From: Octopus sinensis
Lineage: Eukaryota
DNA: 64,000 nt
Direction: 5' to 3'
NCBI RefSeq assembly: GCF_006345805.1
Contig: NW_021832439.1
Span: 1 to 64,000 of the forward strand
The notes beneath the pieces were generated by a model. That model was not told the DNA's origin. It worked only from the letters and a program-made list of their open reading frames with translations, and ran no database searches. Both the position numbers and the translations under genes were made by a program. This document shows, piece by piece, positions 62,047 through 64,000 of the stretch; within the stretch, counting starts at the first letter, position 1, and each line of letters opens with the position of its first letter.

Positions 62047-62854
62047 AGGCTACCTTCCAGTAAATCTGTAGAGAGGTGGATGAGAGCAGCACACACACGA
62101 TTCTAATAATTGAGACTGGACCCAGCATGCGTCTGTAAGGCGGGAAATAGAGCTGAGGAGTGGAGGCGGCACTCACACTTGGTACTCAGAGTAATGTGGG
62201 ACCGTGAGTGTTCTTTGATCGACCCTAAGTGACAGCCCTCCTCTTGAGGCTTAACACGTGTGTAAACTGTGGTCAATCGCTCTTCATTCATTTCGATTTC
62301 GATGTATTCCCACTACAACACATTCTTTTGTGATGTGATCCATCATCCTTGAGAAAATAACGAAAAATATTTTTTTTATGAGGGAGACAAGGCTTGACAC
62401 AGTCGCAGAGCGTTGGACAAAATACCACTTAACAATCTTGAGTTCAAATCCTGCAGCGATTGACTTTGCCCTACATTTTTCCGAGGTCGATAAAAACAAA
62501 AGGCAAGACTTCCGCCCGTCCCCCCCCAAAAAAACCCCACCCTTGGGGGGGGGGGTCCTTCCAAAAAAAAACCTGGCACCTCATCTGTTACAAAGACGAG
62601 GGTTCGCGCTGAACAACCTTCTCGCGAAATTAACGTGCAACTGGCTGAGTACTCCACAGACATAGTTCTCGGGAAGGTTCATCGTGACATAGGATGTGAC
62701 AAAGCTGGCCCTTTTAAATTACAGGCACAATTCATTTTTGCCATCTGAAGGTACTGGAGCAATGTGAAATAAGGTGTCTTGCTCAACGATACAACGTGCC
62801 ACCAGGAAGCCCAACCAGCAAGCCATGAACCCCTCATCTGACGTCACGCATTAA

Positions 62855-63257
62855 TCTTTCTCTATATATAAAGCTGAAGTTGTCTGTGTATGGCAGGTTT
62901 GGAAGCCTTCAACTAACACTATCTCCTCCGAGACCCTGCGGCGCAAGTTGACCAAAATTGAGAGTATGATAGAAGAAGGCTTGTTCTTCCTTCCGTAGAA
63001 GAATAAAAATTCAAATTGGACCACGTTAGCACCATAAATTATTTACATCAAAAAGGTGCTTTTGTTTCTATGAAAATCCCTATTTTTTACGATTTTTTTT
63101 TTGACAGCTGTGTCGCCATTTTTCGGTGTATTTCAACCAGAAAAATATTCACTTAAAGAGAATAACAAGCTACATAATGCAAATTTTTTACTTTTCAAAA
63201 AATTCCAATTCTAAAGGGTCGAAACAAACCCGAGCAACGCCGGGCGATAACCGCTAG
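62855..63257 (+). mobile_element. Non-autonomous Helitron (~400 bp)
   Basis: TC 5' end, 16-nt GC-rich hairpin 63229-63244, and CTAG followed by T at 63254-63258. Confidence 0.85.
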
Positions 63258-63939
63258 TAAACCTATATCGCCGTAGAGAGAACCATTATTACAAAATGGA
63301 TTGGCAGAACCGGTAGAGCGTCAGAAAAAAATGTTACGTGAGGCTTCAGTTACCTCCCTTTGCAAACCCGCGATCAAATCCAGCCGGGACTGAATTTGTT
63401 CGCCTTTGTTTTGCAATATCCTTCCGGTAGGGGGAAGGTGGGAGAATAAAGTATCAACGAACAGCTGGGAATGAGGGGGGGGGGGGTGACTATATTTGCA
63501 GCATGGTGTCTACGTTAGTATTGAGTAACACGAGTACGTGTTGTGTACCAACAAACGAAAGTACATCCTCTATGCACGGATGCATACACACATACATAAA
63601 TATATAGCATAAATACATACATATACAAATGCACCCTCACACATATGTATGTATGTTACGTTTGTTTCTATGCTAAGTAATAAATATAAACAATTTAACA
63701 TTAACTTGAAGATCACTTCATACTGTTTAGGAGAACGAGAGTAGAGTACAATTGTTTGGTAGGGTAGGCGAAAGTCCGTCAAGTACATAGTTTAACTCTT
63801 ACAAGGTAAAAAAAGGTTGTTGACGGCGAACAAGCTTCGAAGTCACTATCAACATTTTCCTTGTTAAAATTCACACACACATTATATATGTGTGTGTGTG
63901 AGTGTATAGATAGACAGATACACGTGTGTATGATTCATA

Positions 63940-64000
63940 GGTACTATTTGAGAACGCGCTAGCTAGTCGTGACTAGTCGATCCTACAACGACTACCTAGC
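63940..64000 (+). mobile_element. Left end of a second copy of the 40826 palindromic family (cut by the window edge)
   Basis: ggtactatttgagaac followed by gcgctagctagtcgtgactagtcgatcctac. Confidence 0.7.

Overview
Eukaryotic, repeat-dense, AT-rich DNA. The repeat families look like those of Octopus (coleoid cephalopod); this is inferred from repeat content, not from a search. One protein-coding gene can be supported, on the minus strand. It has two giant coding exons (30366-35996 and 14080-18605) joined by an 11.8-kb phase-1 GT-AG intron. The join builds four tandem zinc fingers inside a ~3,385-aa, mostly low-complexity protein that also carries a 20-aa repeat array, many SUMO-consensus motifs and an atypical C-terminal finger. 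A single-base deletion at ~31763, inside a duplicated 240-bp block, breaks the frame as given. The rest of the window is mostly mobile DNA and simple repeats: at least four SINE-like families, non-autonomous Helitrons, several MITE types, a decayed mariner, RTE and CR1-like LINE scraps, microsatellites and a 1.25-kb tandem duplication with promoter-like motifs. The most unusual item is a tRNA-headed element carrying a Penelope-type short-stem-III hammerhead ribozyme motif, present as a zero-spacer head-to-head palindrome at 36928-37600. All work was done by eye, repeat boundaries are approximate (about +/-10-20 bp), and family names A-D are my own labels.
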